From contig OZ241863.1 in assembly GCA_965203055.1 (NCBI GenBank), positions 1,056,001 through 1,120,000 of the forward strand: a DNA stretch of 64,000 nt, in the 5' to 3' direction. The position numbers were made by a program, and so were the translations under genes. The notes under the pieces are model-generated. The model was not told where the DNA came from, searched no databases, and saw nothing but the letters and a program-made list of their open reading frames with translations. The stretch is from Spirochaetia bacterium (GTDB taxonomy: Bacteria > Spirochaetota > Spirochaetia > SZUA-6 > Bin103). Every line of letters begins with the position of its first letter. Position 1 is the stretch's first letter. Below, piece after piece: positions 39,432-50,872 of this stretch.

Positions 39432-41605
39432 GCGGCGCTCGCCGGCAGCAGGCCGCGCCGGCGGCCCGCGGCCACCGGTTCCGGCGCCAGCCCCCAGCGC
39501 TGCAGGATGGCGTTGGCGGCGGTGATCCCGGCGGTGGCCGCGCGCTCCATCAGCGCCGCGGGCTGCGCCAGGCGCACGAAGTCGCCGGCCAGATACACGC
39601 CGGGGTGGGGGGTAGCGACTCCCGGCCGCTCGGCGTAGGAGCCGGGGGCGAACGCCGGGCAGTCGCGGCGCAGGAGGAACACGTCGTCCAGCGCCTGCGC
39701 GGCGCGGGTTTCGGGGTAGAGTCGGTGCAGGCCGCGCAGCATCATGCTCTTGAGCTGCGCTTCGGGCGCGGCCTCGGGTACCGCGTAGGCGTGCAGCTCC
39801 ACCACCGAGCCGCCATGGGCCTCGGCCCAGGCGCGGCTCTCATCCTCGAACAGGTGGAACAGGGAGATGTTGTCGAGCAGCGGAACCCCGGCGGTGCCGG
39901 CAAACGGCGCGCGCCCGGCGGCGGTGGGGCGGTCCAGCCACAGGCGCCACACCGCGAACGGCAGCGTTACCTCAAGGCGGTCGAGGCGGGCCGCCCACGG
40001 TCCGGCGGCGAACGGGGTGTCGGGGAGCAGGCGCTGCAGCCCGGGCACGTCCATGGCCAGCACCAGGGCGTCCCCGGCGACCCGATTACCGGGGCCGGCG
40101 GTGACTTCCCAGCGCTCGTGCGCGCGCCGCACGGCGCGCGCCGCGGCGCCGGTCCGCACGCCGGCCCCGAGGCTCTCCAGATAGCGCTTCATCGGTTGCC
40201 AGAGCGCGGTCGAGAAGGGCGCGTTGACGACGTCGAAGAGCAGTCCCTCGGAGTTGCCCATGAAGTAGAAGTGGAACATCATGAGCAGTTCGGCGGCCGA
40301 CATCCCGCTCTCCGGGTTGAAGAAGGAGTGCGCGAACACGTCGAACAGCATGCGCCGCGCCGGCGGCGGAAAGCGCAGCGAATCGAGGTAGGCGGCGGCG
40401 GAGCGGGCGTCGTGCCGGCGGTAGGTGTGGAACTGGTCGAAGGCCAGCATCGCCAGCGCCTGCCGCAGGTCGACCCGGCGCAGCGCCGGCAGGGTCAGTT
40501 CGGGGGTGCGCCGGGTCAGGGCGATGAAGTTCCACGGCGCCCGCCGCGGGAGCCCGGCGAAGGACCGGCGGGCGCCGTCCGGGCCGAGGATCGGATAGTC
40601 CGGCAGGGGAGTCAGCACGCCGAGATCGGGCGAAACGCGCCGCAGCAGGCGGCGCAGGTTGTGATACTGGCGGAAGAACGCGTGGAAGCCGCGCGCCATC
40701 CGCACCGTCTCGCCGGTGGCCAGCGCGCGCGGAAAGGCGCCGGCGCGGCCGCCGAGGAACGGTTCCCGTTCCAGCAGGGTGGTGGCAACGCCGCGCTCGG
40801 CCAGGACCGCGGCCGCGGCCACCCCGGCGATGCCGCCGCCGACCACCACCGCGCTGCGGGCGGGGATTCGCCCCGCGCCGGCGCGGGGCGGGCGCGGCTG
40901 CGGGCGGGCCGGCCGCTGCGCCAGGAAGGAATGCACGATGCCGCGCCGCCAGCCGCCCATCGGCATGGTGCGCACCGCGCCGAAGCCGGCCGCGCGCAGC
41001 CGCCGCTCGAAGGCGGCCACGCTGTCGAAGGCCAGCACGCTGCGGCGCAGGTAGCTGAACAGGCCGGCGTCGCCGGCGAGGAGGCGCGCCAGCGGGGTGA
41101 CGATCAGGGTGGTCACGGCGCGCCACGCCGCGCGCGCCCGGCGCGAGCCGGCGACCGAGTACTCGTGGAAGCAGACCGGCGCTCCCGGCGCCAGCAGGCC
41201 TCGCACCGCGGCCAGACAGGCGCCGCGGGCCGCGACGTTGCGGATGCCGTAGGCCATCAGGATGCCGTCGAACTCCCCCTCCACCCCCGCGCCGCGCGGA
41301 TCCGTCGCGTCGCCGTGCAGGAACGTGACGCCGGCCAGCTCGGGCCGGAAGCGCGCCACCTGCAGCATGTCGGCGGCGGCGTCGAGGCCCACCAGGGTAG
41401 CGTGCGGGTAGACCGCGCGCAGCGCCAGCGTCGACTGGCCGGTGCCGCAGCACAGGTCGAGGATGCGCGCCTCCGGCGCCAGGCGCAGGCGCCGGGCGCT
41501 CAGCAGCAGGTCGCGCCGGTAGCCGGGATTGAGCGCCGTCAGCCGGTCGTAGGCGCCGGCCACGCGGTTGAAGCGGGCGGCCAGCTCGGCCGCGCGGCCG
41601 GTCAC
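39428..41605 (-). CDS. crtU: In-frame fusion of UbiE-like SAM methyltransferase (CrtT-like) and isorenieratene synthase/phi-ring desaturase CrtU
   Basis: N-half LDLCCGTG...MAYGIRN...FHEYSV; C-half VVGGGIAG, RGFHAFFRQYHNL, HSFFNP, FHFYF, ALMERAATAG; no stop between the halves; GTGA overlap with crtB. Confidence 0.8.
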   Translation of the reverse strand: MTGRAAELAARFNRVAGAYDRLTALNPGYRRDLLLSARRLRLAPEARILDLCCGTGQSTLALRAVYPHATLVGLDAAADMLQVARFRPELAGVTFLHGDATDPRGAGVEGEFDGILMAYGIRNVAARGACLAAVRGLLAPGAPVCFHEYSVAGSRRARAAWRAVTTLIVTPLARLLAGDAGLFSYLRRSVLAFDSVAAFERRLRAAGFGAVRTMPMGGWRRGIVHSFLAQRPARPQPRPPRAGAGRIPARSAVVVGGGIAGVAAAAVLAERGVATTLLEREPFLGGRAGAFPRALATGETVRMARGFHAFFRQYHNLRRLLRRVSPDLGVLTPLPDYPILGPDGARRSFAGLPRRAPWNFIALTRRTPELTLPALRRVDLRQALAMLAFDQFHTYRRHDARSAAAYLDSLRFPPPARRMLFDVFAHSFFNPESGMSAAELLMMFHFYFMGNSEGLLFDVVNAPFSTALWQPMKRYLESLGAGVRTGAAARAVRRAHERWEVTAGPGNRVAGDALVLAMDVPGLQRLLPDTPFAAGPWAARLDRLEVTLPFAVWRLWLDRPTAAGRAPFAGTAGVPLLDNISLFHLFEDESRAWAEAHGGSVVELHAYAVPEAAPEAQLKSMMLRGLHRLYPETRAAQALDDVFLLRRDCPAFAPGSYAERPGVATPHPGVYLAGDFVRLAQPAALMERAATAGITAANAILQRWGLAPEPVAAGRRRGLLPASAA

Positions 41606-42566
41606 GGCAGCTCCAGTTCGGCGAAGCGCAGCAGCCGCCGGGGCGGGCGGAACCGCCCGCGCCCGGCGCGCACGCGCGCCGGCGCCTCCCGCGCGCCGGC
41701 CCAGGCGGCCGCGGCCGCGGCGCGCAGCTTGCCGGCGAGGGGCACCACCGCGCGCCCGGCGGTGACGTCGCAGCCGGCCGCCCGAATCCGGCCGCCGATG
41801 GCGGCGTAGATGCCGCGCGCGGAGCGGATCGCCAGCGCCGCCCGCCACGGCAACGCCGGGAACCCCTCCTCCGCGGAGCCGTAGAACCGCGCCGCCAGCT
41901 CCAGCAGCCGGGCGACCACCGGGCGCAGGGGGTCACGCGCGGCCGGCGGGAACGGACCGCCGAGCAGCGCCGGCAAGTGCCCGAGATGCGCCGCCTGCAG
42001 CAGGGTGCGCGGCAGGTAGAGCCGCCCCAGGTCCCAGTCCTCCACCACGTCGCGGCAGATGTTGGTGAGCTGCATCGCCATGCCGAGCCGCGCCGCGGCG
42101 TGCAGCGCGGCATCGCGGCGCAGGCCCATCACCTGCGCCATCATCAGGCCGACGGTGCCGGCGACCCGGTAGCAGTAGTGCAGCAGGGTGTGTTCGTCGT
42201 CATAGGTCGGGCGCTCCAGGTCCATCCGCATCCCGGCCAGCAGCTCGCGCGGATAGTGCCACGGCAGGCCGGTGGCGCGGGCCACCCTGCCGAAGGCGTC
42301 GAGCGCGGCATCGCCGGTGGCGGCGCCCGCGGCCAGCCGCTCCAGCTCGCGTTGCAGGGCGGCCAGGGCGGCCGGGCGCGCGGCCGGCGGGCTGCGGTCG
42401 ATCGCGTCGTCAGCCCGCCGGCACCACGCGTACACCACCAGCGCGCCGTTCCGGCAATGGCGCGGCAGGAGGCGCGCGGCCAGCGCGAAGCTCTTCGAGC
42501 CGGCGGCGATGCGGCGCCGGCAGTCGGCCGCCACCGCCGGCGGGACGGCGCGGGACGCGGCGCGGC

Positions 42567-42570
<4 letters not shown>
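41602..42570 (-). CDS. crtB: Phytoene synthase
   Basis: GSKSFALAARLL, YAWCRRADDAID, YCYRVAGTVGLMM, MQLTNICRDVVED, GRLYLP. Confidence 0.95.
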
Positions 42571-44122
<1,552 letters not shown>

Positions 44123-44126
<4 letters not shown>

Positions 44127-45337
44127 CGGGCGCCCCCGGCCGCTTCGTCCGCGGCGCGGGCGGCGCTTGCCGGGCGCGGCGGCGGAGGCCGGCGCCAGGC
44201 GCGCCAGGCGCGCAGCGACAGGCCGCGCGGCGGGCGCCCGCCGAGGATGCGGAGCTGGTCGCCGCAGCCGAGGCGCAGGCGGTAGAAGCGCCGGATGGTG
44301 GCCTCGGGCAGGCGGTAGAAGCGGCTGAAGACGGCGCGCCGCGCAGCGCCCTGGTAGCCCTGGAACAGCAACCGGTTGAGCAGGCAGCAAAAGCGCTGCC
44401 GCCGCCGCAGCCGGCGCCGCGCGCCGGCCGCGGCGGCGGCGAGGGCCGCCGGCGGGTGGGCCGCCACCAGCTCCGCCAACTCCGCGGCCAGCGGCAGCGA
44501 GTAGCCGGTAGCGGGATGGAACCAGCCGCCGCGGTAGCCGCCGGGCAGCACGCCGGCGGCGGGCGGCGGCAGGGGCGGCGGGCGCAGGGGCATCGGCAAC
44601 ACTCCGCGTTCGGTGCGGTGGACCTGCTCGGCGCGCCAGCCGCGGCGCTGCAGCCAGGCGGCGATGCCGAGGCGCCGCTGCTCCTCGTCGAGGTCCGGCC
44701 CGTCGGAGAAGGTGGTGTCCTCCAACAGGGCGCGGCGCGGCCCGAGCGGCAGCACGTACATGAAGCGGAACCCGTCATGTTGGGGCACGGTGGCGTCCAT
44801 CACGATGGGCCGGGTCAGGCCGTGCGGCGCGCGCAGGGTGAGCTCCTGGCCGTAGAACTTCTGATAGCCGCAGTCGCTTCCGGGCGGGTGCCCGCCGCGC
44901 GCGTCGATCACCATGCGGGCGCGCAGCCGGCGCCCGCCGGCCAGGTGCAGCGTGGCCGCGCTCAGGCGCTCGACCGCGGTTCGCTCGCACAGCAGCGCGC
45001 CGCCGCGGGCGGCCAGCAGCGCGCGCACCGCGCGCCGCAGGCGCAGGCTGGAGATCATGTAGTAGGGAGTGTCCAGGCGCCGCCGGTAGCCGGGAAAGCG
45101 CACCTCGTAGGAGCTCCAGCTCCGGGTCACGAACGGCGCCACCCGCCGCTGCATGGCCGGCGACAGATCCCCGCCGAAGAAGCACCAGGTGTGGTTGCCG
45201 CCGATCGCCCCGCGCTCCACCAGGGCGACGCGCCGCCAGGCGGGCGCCGGCCGCGGCGCCCCGACCGGCTGCAGCGCGGCCACGATGAGCGCGTTCTGCA
45301 GCCCGCCGCCGCACAGCGCCAGGTCGACCGCGGTCAT
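44123..45337 (-). CDS. crtY: Lycopene beta-cyclase
   Basis: GGGLQN, GGNHTWCF, YQKFYG, IVMDATVPQ, FHPATGYSLP, FYRLPE. Confidence 0.93.
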
Positions 45338-45475
45338 GGCCGGCGCGCCGGCACGGCGCCGATCGCCTGGCGCAGGAACTGTTCCACCGCGCGGCGGTCG
45401 CGGCGCGCGCAGGAATCGGCCGCGGCCGGCGCCGGCGGGCTGACGGTCGTCGGCAACCGCGTCACTCAGCCGGCG

Positions 45476-46750
45476 TCAGCGATGCAGGGCATACACGCGG
45501 TAGCCGTCCTCGCGGATTCGCTCCAGGTAGAAGGAGTCGGGTGGAATCCCTCCCACCGCGTCGCGGCTCAGCGCCGCGTAGCCGTCCCCGGCGCGGTCGC
45601 CGGCCACCCAGCGATCGTAGTCGTCCGAGCGCGCGTCCTGGGTGTGGTTGAGGGCGGAGTCCATGTCCCAGCGGCGAATGATCTCCGGCGCGCGCGGCGC
45701 CACCCGCCCCCCCAGGGCTACCGCGGTGTTGCCCGATCCGTACGACAGCAGCAGCAGGCGCTCGCCGACCATCCGCTCGCCGCGCTGCTGGCAGCGCCGG
45801 TTCAGCAGCGAGGCCAGCCCGAGGAACATGGAACCGGAATAGAGGTTGCCGACGATCGCCGCGGGGGCGATCGAGGCCTCGAAGTCGCGCTGCGCCAGGT
45901 AGCGCTGCAGGCTGGCGCCGGACAGCCCCAGGTAGCGGGTTACCAGCGCGCTCATCATCTCCAGGGGGAGATCGTGGTACGGGGCGTGGAAGGCGAACAG
46001 ATCGGTCTGTTGCAGCGTCTCCGCCGGCGTCTGGCGGGTACGCCGGCAGTGATCGAGGAACGCGTCCTCGATCGTCTCCTTGTAGCAATTTACGGAAAAG
46101 GCGCCGCGCACCCGCGGGGTCGCGGCCCCGACCGGGCGAAAGAAATCATCGACGTCCCGCGAGGCGTAGCCGGCGCCGGCCAGTTCCAGTTCCACCAGAC
46201 CGCAGCCGCGCTCGGCGATCATCGCCACGGCGCCGGCGCCCTGGGTGATCTCGGCGCTGGTGCCGGCGTCGTAGCGCGCCACGTCGGTGCAGATGACCAG
46301 ACCGCGGTCGTCGCTGCCGTTGCTCAGGGAGAGCAGCGCGTTGACGCCGAGCAGCGAGTAGGTGCCGCCGGCGCAGGCGTGCTGCGTCTGGAAGGTGGCG
46401 ATCGCTTCCGGGATCGGGAATCCGGCGGCGCGCAGCATGCCGCCGACGTGGGCCGCGATCGGCTTGGCCATGTCGGTGGCCGATTCGGTGCCCACGGCGA
46501 TGTAGCGCAGGCTGGCGATGGCGCTGTGGTTCATGCGCGACAGGAGTTGCATCGCCGCTTGCGCCGCCATGGTGACCGCGTCCTCCCAGAAGTTGGGGAA
46601 GCGCACCGAGATCTGCCCGGTCTTGTGGATGGCGCGGTCCAGGATGCGCTTGATGGTGGGGTTGGAGAGCGAGTAACGCTCCAGCAGACGGCTCAACCGC
46701 ATCAGCAGCTTGGGGATGTAGACGGCCATGTCGCCGATACCAGTAGTCAT
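45476..46750 (-). CDS. mvaS: Hydroxymethylglutaryl-CoA synthase (mevalonate pathway)
   Basis: EDAVTMAA, VGTES, HACAGGT (catalytic Cys), EITQGAGAVA, FHAPY, GNLYSGS, SYGSG; GGAGG RBS. Confidence 0.88.
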   Translation of the reverse strand: MTTGIGDMAVYIPKLLMRLSRLLERYSLSNPTIKRILDRAIHKTGQISVRFPNFWEDAVTMAAQAAMQLLSRMNHSAIASLRYIAVGTESATDMAKPIAAHVGGMLRAAGFPIPEAIATFQTQHACAGGTYSLLGVNALLSLSNGSDDRGLVICTDVARYDAGTSAEITQGAGAVAMIAERGCGLVELELAGAGYASRDVDDFFRPVGAATPRVRGAFSVNCYKETIEDAFLDHCRRTRQTPAETLQQTDLFAFHAPYHDLPLEMMSALVTRYLGLSGASLQRYLAQRDFEASIAPAAIVGNLYSGSMFLGLASLLNRRCQQRGERMVGERLLLLSYGSGNTAVALGGRVAPRAPEIIRRWDMDSALNHTQDARSDDYDRWVAGDRAGDGYAALSRDAVGGIPPDSFYLERIREDGYRVYALHR

Positions 46751-46919
46751 GTTCGCATCCTCCAGGTGCGCCGGCTCCGCTGCGAGGTTGTCGCCGGAAG
46801 CCGCATGCCGAGCCGGGCGCAGGCCCGCCAAGGTCCGCAACCGCCCGCCTGCCGCGCCGTTGGTCAGCGCGGCGTGCGGGCGCATCCTACTAGGAAGCTC
46901 GCGCGCTGTGGAGCGATCG

Positions 46920-46941
46920 TCAAGTATTGGGGTATACTTGA
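46920..46941. promoter_or_regulatory. Operator-like palindrome in the divergent promoter region of the carotenoid operon
   Basis: TCAAGTAT-TGGGGT-ATACTTGA, a perfect 8-bp inverted repeat in an AT-rich patch. Confidence 0.55.
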
Positions 46942-47086
46942 TTGGGTCATCCGGGAACTCCGTGGCAGGGTCGAAGACGGGCCGGCGCCGCCAGGGAACG
47001 AGATTAGCGGAGTTTGCGGAGACTGGGAAGGCGGCGGCCATGGGCTTGATTCGTCGGGGCAGGGCAGCGGCAAGCGGGGGAGCGGG

Positions 47087-47992
47087 ATGAGAATCGTGCT
47101 GACCGGGGGTACCGGCCTGATCGGAACCCATCTGGTGCGGGAGCTGGGCGTCGGCGGCGCGGCGCACGAGCTGGTGGTGCTGACCCGTGATCCGGGACGG
47201 GCGCCGGCGGGGGTCCGGGCGGTCGCCTGGCAGCCGCTGCAGGGGCCGCCGCCGGCGGAGGCGCTGCGCGGCGCCGACGCCGTGATCCACCTGGCGGGGG
47301 AACCGATCGCCGCCGGGCGCTGGAACGCCGCGCGGCGGGCGCGCATCGAGGCCAGCCGCTGGACCGGCACCGCCAATCTGGTGCGCGGGCTGGCGGCGGC
47401 CGAGCCGCGGCCTGGGGTGCTGCTGGCCGGCTCCGCGGTGGGCTACTACGGCGACCGCGGCGACGAACCGCTGGCGGAGGACGCGGCGCCCGGTTCCGGC
47501 TACCTGGCGGCGGTGACCGAGCGCTGGGAACGGGAGGCGGCGGGCGCGGAGAAGCTGGGAGTCCGCGTCGTGTACCTGCGCACCGGGGTGGTGCTGGCGC
47601 GCGAAGGCGGCGCGTTGCCGCGCATGGCCGCGCCGTTCCGCGCCGGCGCCGGCGGCCGCCTGGGCAGCGGCCGCCAATGGATGCCGTGGGCGCACGTCGC
47701 CGACGTGGTCGGCCTGATCGGTCTGTCGCTCGCCGCCGACCGCCTGCGCGGTCCGCTCAACCTGGTGGCTCCCGGCGCGGCGACCAACGCCGAACTGACC
47801 CGCGCGCTGGCGCGGACGCTGCGGCGGCCGGCGTTCATGGTGGTGCCGCGGTTCGTCTTGCGGCTGCTGTTCGGGGCGATGAGCGACACCCTGCTGGCGT
47901 CGCAACGGGTCGTTCCCGCGGCGGCCGAGCAGGCCGGCTACCGGTTCTGCTACCCGCGGCTGGAGGAAGCGCTGGCCGACCTGCTGGGCTGA
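47087..47992 (+). CDS. TIGR01777/YfcH-like NAD-dependent epimerase
   Basis: TGGTGLIG, IHLAGEPI, SAVGYYG, RTGVVL, GSGRQWMPW. Confidence 0.9.
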   Translation: MRIVLTGGTGLIGTHLVRELGVGGAAHELVVLTRDPGRAPAGVRAVAWQPLQGPPPAEALRGADAVIHLAGEPIAAGRWNAARRARIEASRWTGTANLVRGLAAAEPRPGVLLAGSAVGYYGDRGDEPLAEDAAPGSGYLAAVTERWEREAAGAEKLGVRVVYLRTGVVLAREGGALPRMAAPFRAGAGGRLGSGRQWMPWAHVADVVGLIGLSLAADRLRGPLNLVAPGAATNAELTRALARTLRRPAFMVVPRFVLRLLFGAMSDTLLASQRVVPAAAEQAGYRFCYPRLEEALADLLG

Positions 47993-48004
47993 CCGGACTG
48001 CCGG

Positions 48005-48083
48005 CGCCGGAGCGCCCGGAGCGAGTCCGTCAGTCCACCGCCGGCGACTTGGTCAGTTGGCGTATCGCCCGCTTGGCGGCGGC
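48005..48083. repeat. Internally deleted duplicate of the SDR gene 3' region
   Basis: 48005-48033 matches 49798-49826 (1 mismatch) and 48031-48083 matches 50061-50113 (3 mismatches), joined at CAG. Confidence 0.85.
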
Positions 48084-49672
48084 CCCGCCGGCGCCTGATC
48101 GGCTCTCTGAACCAGAAGCTGCTTGCCCGCCAGGGTTTGGCGCGCCCAATGCAGGTTCTGGTATTGATCGTTGCCGCTCTCCACCAGATTGGCCCTGCCG
48201 GTCGCGCGGGTATTGCCAGCGCCGGTGGGCGGCCTCGAAAAGGATACCCTCGGGGCAGACGTATAGCCGCTCCCGCCGTCGGTGACCCTCACTGACGTAA
48301 CCCAGGATTGAATCACCGCGGTGCCGGCGGCCGTGGTGCCGCCGCTTGGCGCCGCCGAAAAGGTCACGGTCGGGGCCCCCGAGGTATAGCCGCTCCCTCC
48401 GTCCGTGATCGTCACCGACGCTACGCCGTAGCGCATTTCCACGGTACCGGTTGCCGCGGTGCCGTCGTGCGGCGCTTGAAACCATATGGTTGGGGTGGCG
48501 GTGTAACCACTCCCCGGGTTGTCGATCGTCACCGACGCTACGCCGCTTTGCACCACCGCGGTGCCTCGTGCCGTCTGAGATTGGATCGGCGCGGCCGAAA
48601 ACGCTATGAGTGGGACACCAGTGTAGCCGCTCCCGTGGGCCGTCATCGTCACGTCCACTACTCTGCCGTTTAGCAGTATCGCGGTGGCGGCCGCGCCGCT
48701 GCCCCCTCCGCCAATAAACGACACGGAAGGGGCGGACGTGTAGCCGCTCCCGGGGTTCGTGATCGTGATTGACTTTACGCCGGTTTGCAGCACCGTCGTG
48801 CCTTGCGCGCCGGTGTTCCCGTATGGCAGGATGGCCCACGCCGCTGCTTGCGGAAAATGCACCGCAGGGGCGTCAACGACAAGCTGGCCCGGGTTGCCGG
48901 GCGAGGGCCACCTGTAGCCGCTCCCGGGGTTCGTAATTGTCAAGGAATGGACTGTGCCTTTCCCCACCGCGGCGCCGGTCGCCGTGGTGCCCGACGGCGG
49001 TGGCCCAAGCGTCACGGTGGGAACCGCCGTGTAGCCACTCCCCTCGGTCGTAATCGTCACCGAATCGACGCTGGAGCCCTTTACCGCGGTGCCGTATGCC
49101 CTGGTGCCGCGGCCCCCCGGCGGCCCCGCAAAGCTCACGGTCGGGTCCGCCGCGTAGCCGCTCCCCGGGCTCGTGATCGTTACCGACTCAACCGTGTCGC
49201 CGACGACCACCTGATCCGGGGCGGTGAGCACCAGCGCCACTGCGCCTGCCCGGACCTCGGCGGCAACCGTCCACTCCGCGCCGGTGAGGTCGTTCTCGAA
49301 GACCGGCGCGGTCGCCTTGCTCGTGAACGGCAGCTCGTGGCCGCCGATCGACACGGTCACCTTCTCGCCCTCGGCGCCGGTGATCCCGTCCCAGGCAAAC
49401 GGCGCGGAACGGCTGGACACGGCGCCCGTCAGGTCCGTTTCATCGTCACCAAAGTCAGCCGCGCCGATCGTCCAGTTGTTCTCTGCCGGCGCTGCCGGCG
49501 GCGGAGCCGGGGCGGTCGGTGTCCCGTCGCCGCCGCCGGTCCCTCCGTTTCCTGCGCCCGCACCGCCGGGGCCGGTAGTTGCCGGCGGCCGTGCCGCTTG
49601 CGGGCACGCCAGCAGGACGATGCCGGCGACCATCAACAGCGATACCAGCGATACCAGCGATGCTCTACCCAA
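48053..49672 (-). CDS. Surface lipoprotein with eight V-x-x-V-T-I-T-x-x-G-S-G-Y repeats
   Basis: TTG 49672 after GGAGGAG; lipobox VLLAC; Gly/Pro linker; eight GSGY units of about 40 aa. Confidence 0.8.
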   Translation of the reverse strand: MGRASLVSLVSLLMVAGIVLLACPQAARPPATTGPGGAGAGNGGTGGGDGTPTAPAPPPAAPAENNWTIGAADFGDDETDLTGAVSSRSAPFAWDGITGAEGEKVTVSIGGHELPFTSKATAPVFENDLTGAEWTVAAEVRAGAVALVLTAPDQVVVGDTVESVTITSPGSGYAADPTVSFAGPPGGRGTRAYGTAVKGSSVDSVTITTEGSGYTAVPTVTLGPPPSGTTATGAAVGKGTVHSLTITNPGSGYRWPSPGNPGQLVVDAPAVHFPQAAAWAILPYGNTGAQGTTVLQTGVKSITITNPGSGYTSAPSVSFIGGGGSGAAATAILLNGRVVDVTMTAHGSGYTGVPLIAFSAAPIQSQTARGTAVVQSGVASVTIDNPGSGYTATPTIWFQAPHDGTAATGTVEMRYGVASVTITDGGSGYTSGAPTVTFSAAPSGGTTAAGTAVIQSWVTSVRVTDGGSGYTSAPRVSFSRPPTGAGNTRATGRANLVESGNDQYQNLHWARQTLAGKQLLVQRADQAPAGPPPSGRYAN

Positions 49673-49822
49673 AGCTTCTCCTCCGTGGCGTGTCCGCCGT
49701 CGATCGCGCCGGCCGCTGCCGGCGGTTCGCCGACGTGCCGGGCCGCGGGCATGGTAGCACGCGCTCCCCAACGCTGACCACCTCGGACTGCGGGAAACGC
49801 CGGAACGCCCGGAGCGAGTCCG

Positions 49823-50614
49823 TCAGAAGGAGCTCAGCCAGCCGCCGTCCACGTACAGGATCTGGCCGGTGACGTAATCGGCGGCCGGCGCGGCGAAAAA
49901 CACCGCCGCGGCGCCGATGTCGGCCGGCGCGCCCCAGGCGCCGAGCGGCGCGCGGCGGCGCACCCAGGCGTCGAACTCCGCATCCTCCCACAGCGGGCGG
50001 GTCAGGTCGGTCTTGACGTAGCCGGGGCCGATGGCGTTCACGTTGATGCGGTACTTGGCCCAGTCCACCGCCAGCGACTTGGTCAGTTGGCGTATCGCCC
50101 CCTTGGTGGCGGCGTAGGGGGCGTTGTCGGCGCGCACCTGCTCGCTCATCAGCGAGGCGATGTTGATGATCTTGGCGGCCGGCGCAGCCGGCGCGGCGCG
50201 CTCCGCCTGCGCGATGCGGTCGCGCCCGAACGCCTGGCACAGGCGGAACACCGCGGTGAGGTTGAGGCCCACCACGAAGTCCCAGTCGGCGGGGGAGATG
50301 CGTTCGGCCGGCGCGCGCCGGGTGTGGCCGGCGTTGTTCACCAGAATGTCCACCGGCCCGCCGGCGCGCACCTGCCGGTACAGATCTTCGATGCCGTCCA
50401 GGTCGGTCAGATCGCAGGGGTATTCCTCCGCCTGGCCGCCGCGCGCGGTGATCTGCGCGCGCGCCGCGGCCAGCGAGTCGCGGTCGCGGCTGACCAGCGC
50501 CACCGCGGCGCCGGCATCGGCCAGCGCCAGCGCCACCCCCAGACCGATGCCGCGGCTGCCCCCCGTCACCAGCGCCCGCCGCCCGGCGAGCGAGAACGGA
50601 TTCGCTGCCGTCAT
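49823..50614 (-). CDS. SDR oxidoreductase (KduD/gluconate 5-dehydrogenase-like)
   Basis: VTGGSRGIG, LVNNAG, YAATK, NAIGPGY, GQILYVDGGW. Confidence 0.9.
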   Translation of the reverse strand: MTAANPFSLAGRRALVTGGSRGIGLGVALALADAGAAVALVSRDRDSLAAARAQITARGGQAEEYPCDLTDLDGIEDLYRQVRAGGPVDILVNNAGHTRRAPAERISPADWDFVVGLNLTAVFRLCQAFGRDRIAQAERAAPAAPAAKIINIASLMSEQVRADNAPYAATKGAIRQLTKSLAVDWAKYRINVNAIGPGYVKTDLTRPLWEDAEFDAWVRRRAPLGAWGAPADIGAAAVFFAAPAADYVTGQILYVDGGWLSSF

Positions 50615-50872
50615 TGGCGGTCGCCCCCGTGCCGGCGGCCCCCGTTCAGCCGCCGGAACTGCGCCGCCATCGCTTGCCCCCTCATCGCCGTCCTCCCTGG
50701 TCCGGCACCCGCTACGCTGCCGGCTCCCCCCGGAGCCAACCAGCAAACGACCGCTTCCGTCAACGCCGCCTGCCGCGGGGCGCATTTCCAAAATGTGTGT
50801 AGGTAAGCGACAGGCCGCTTGGCGGCCAAGCCCCAGTCCCAGTGGCAGATGACGTTTCTCGGCGATCTTGAA

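Noticed and set aside
44456..47086. 1178-aa plus-strand ORF as a large fusion protein
   Set aside because: The N-terminal part is the antisense shadow of crtY and HMGS; the real gene starts at 47087.
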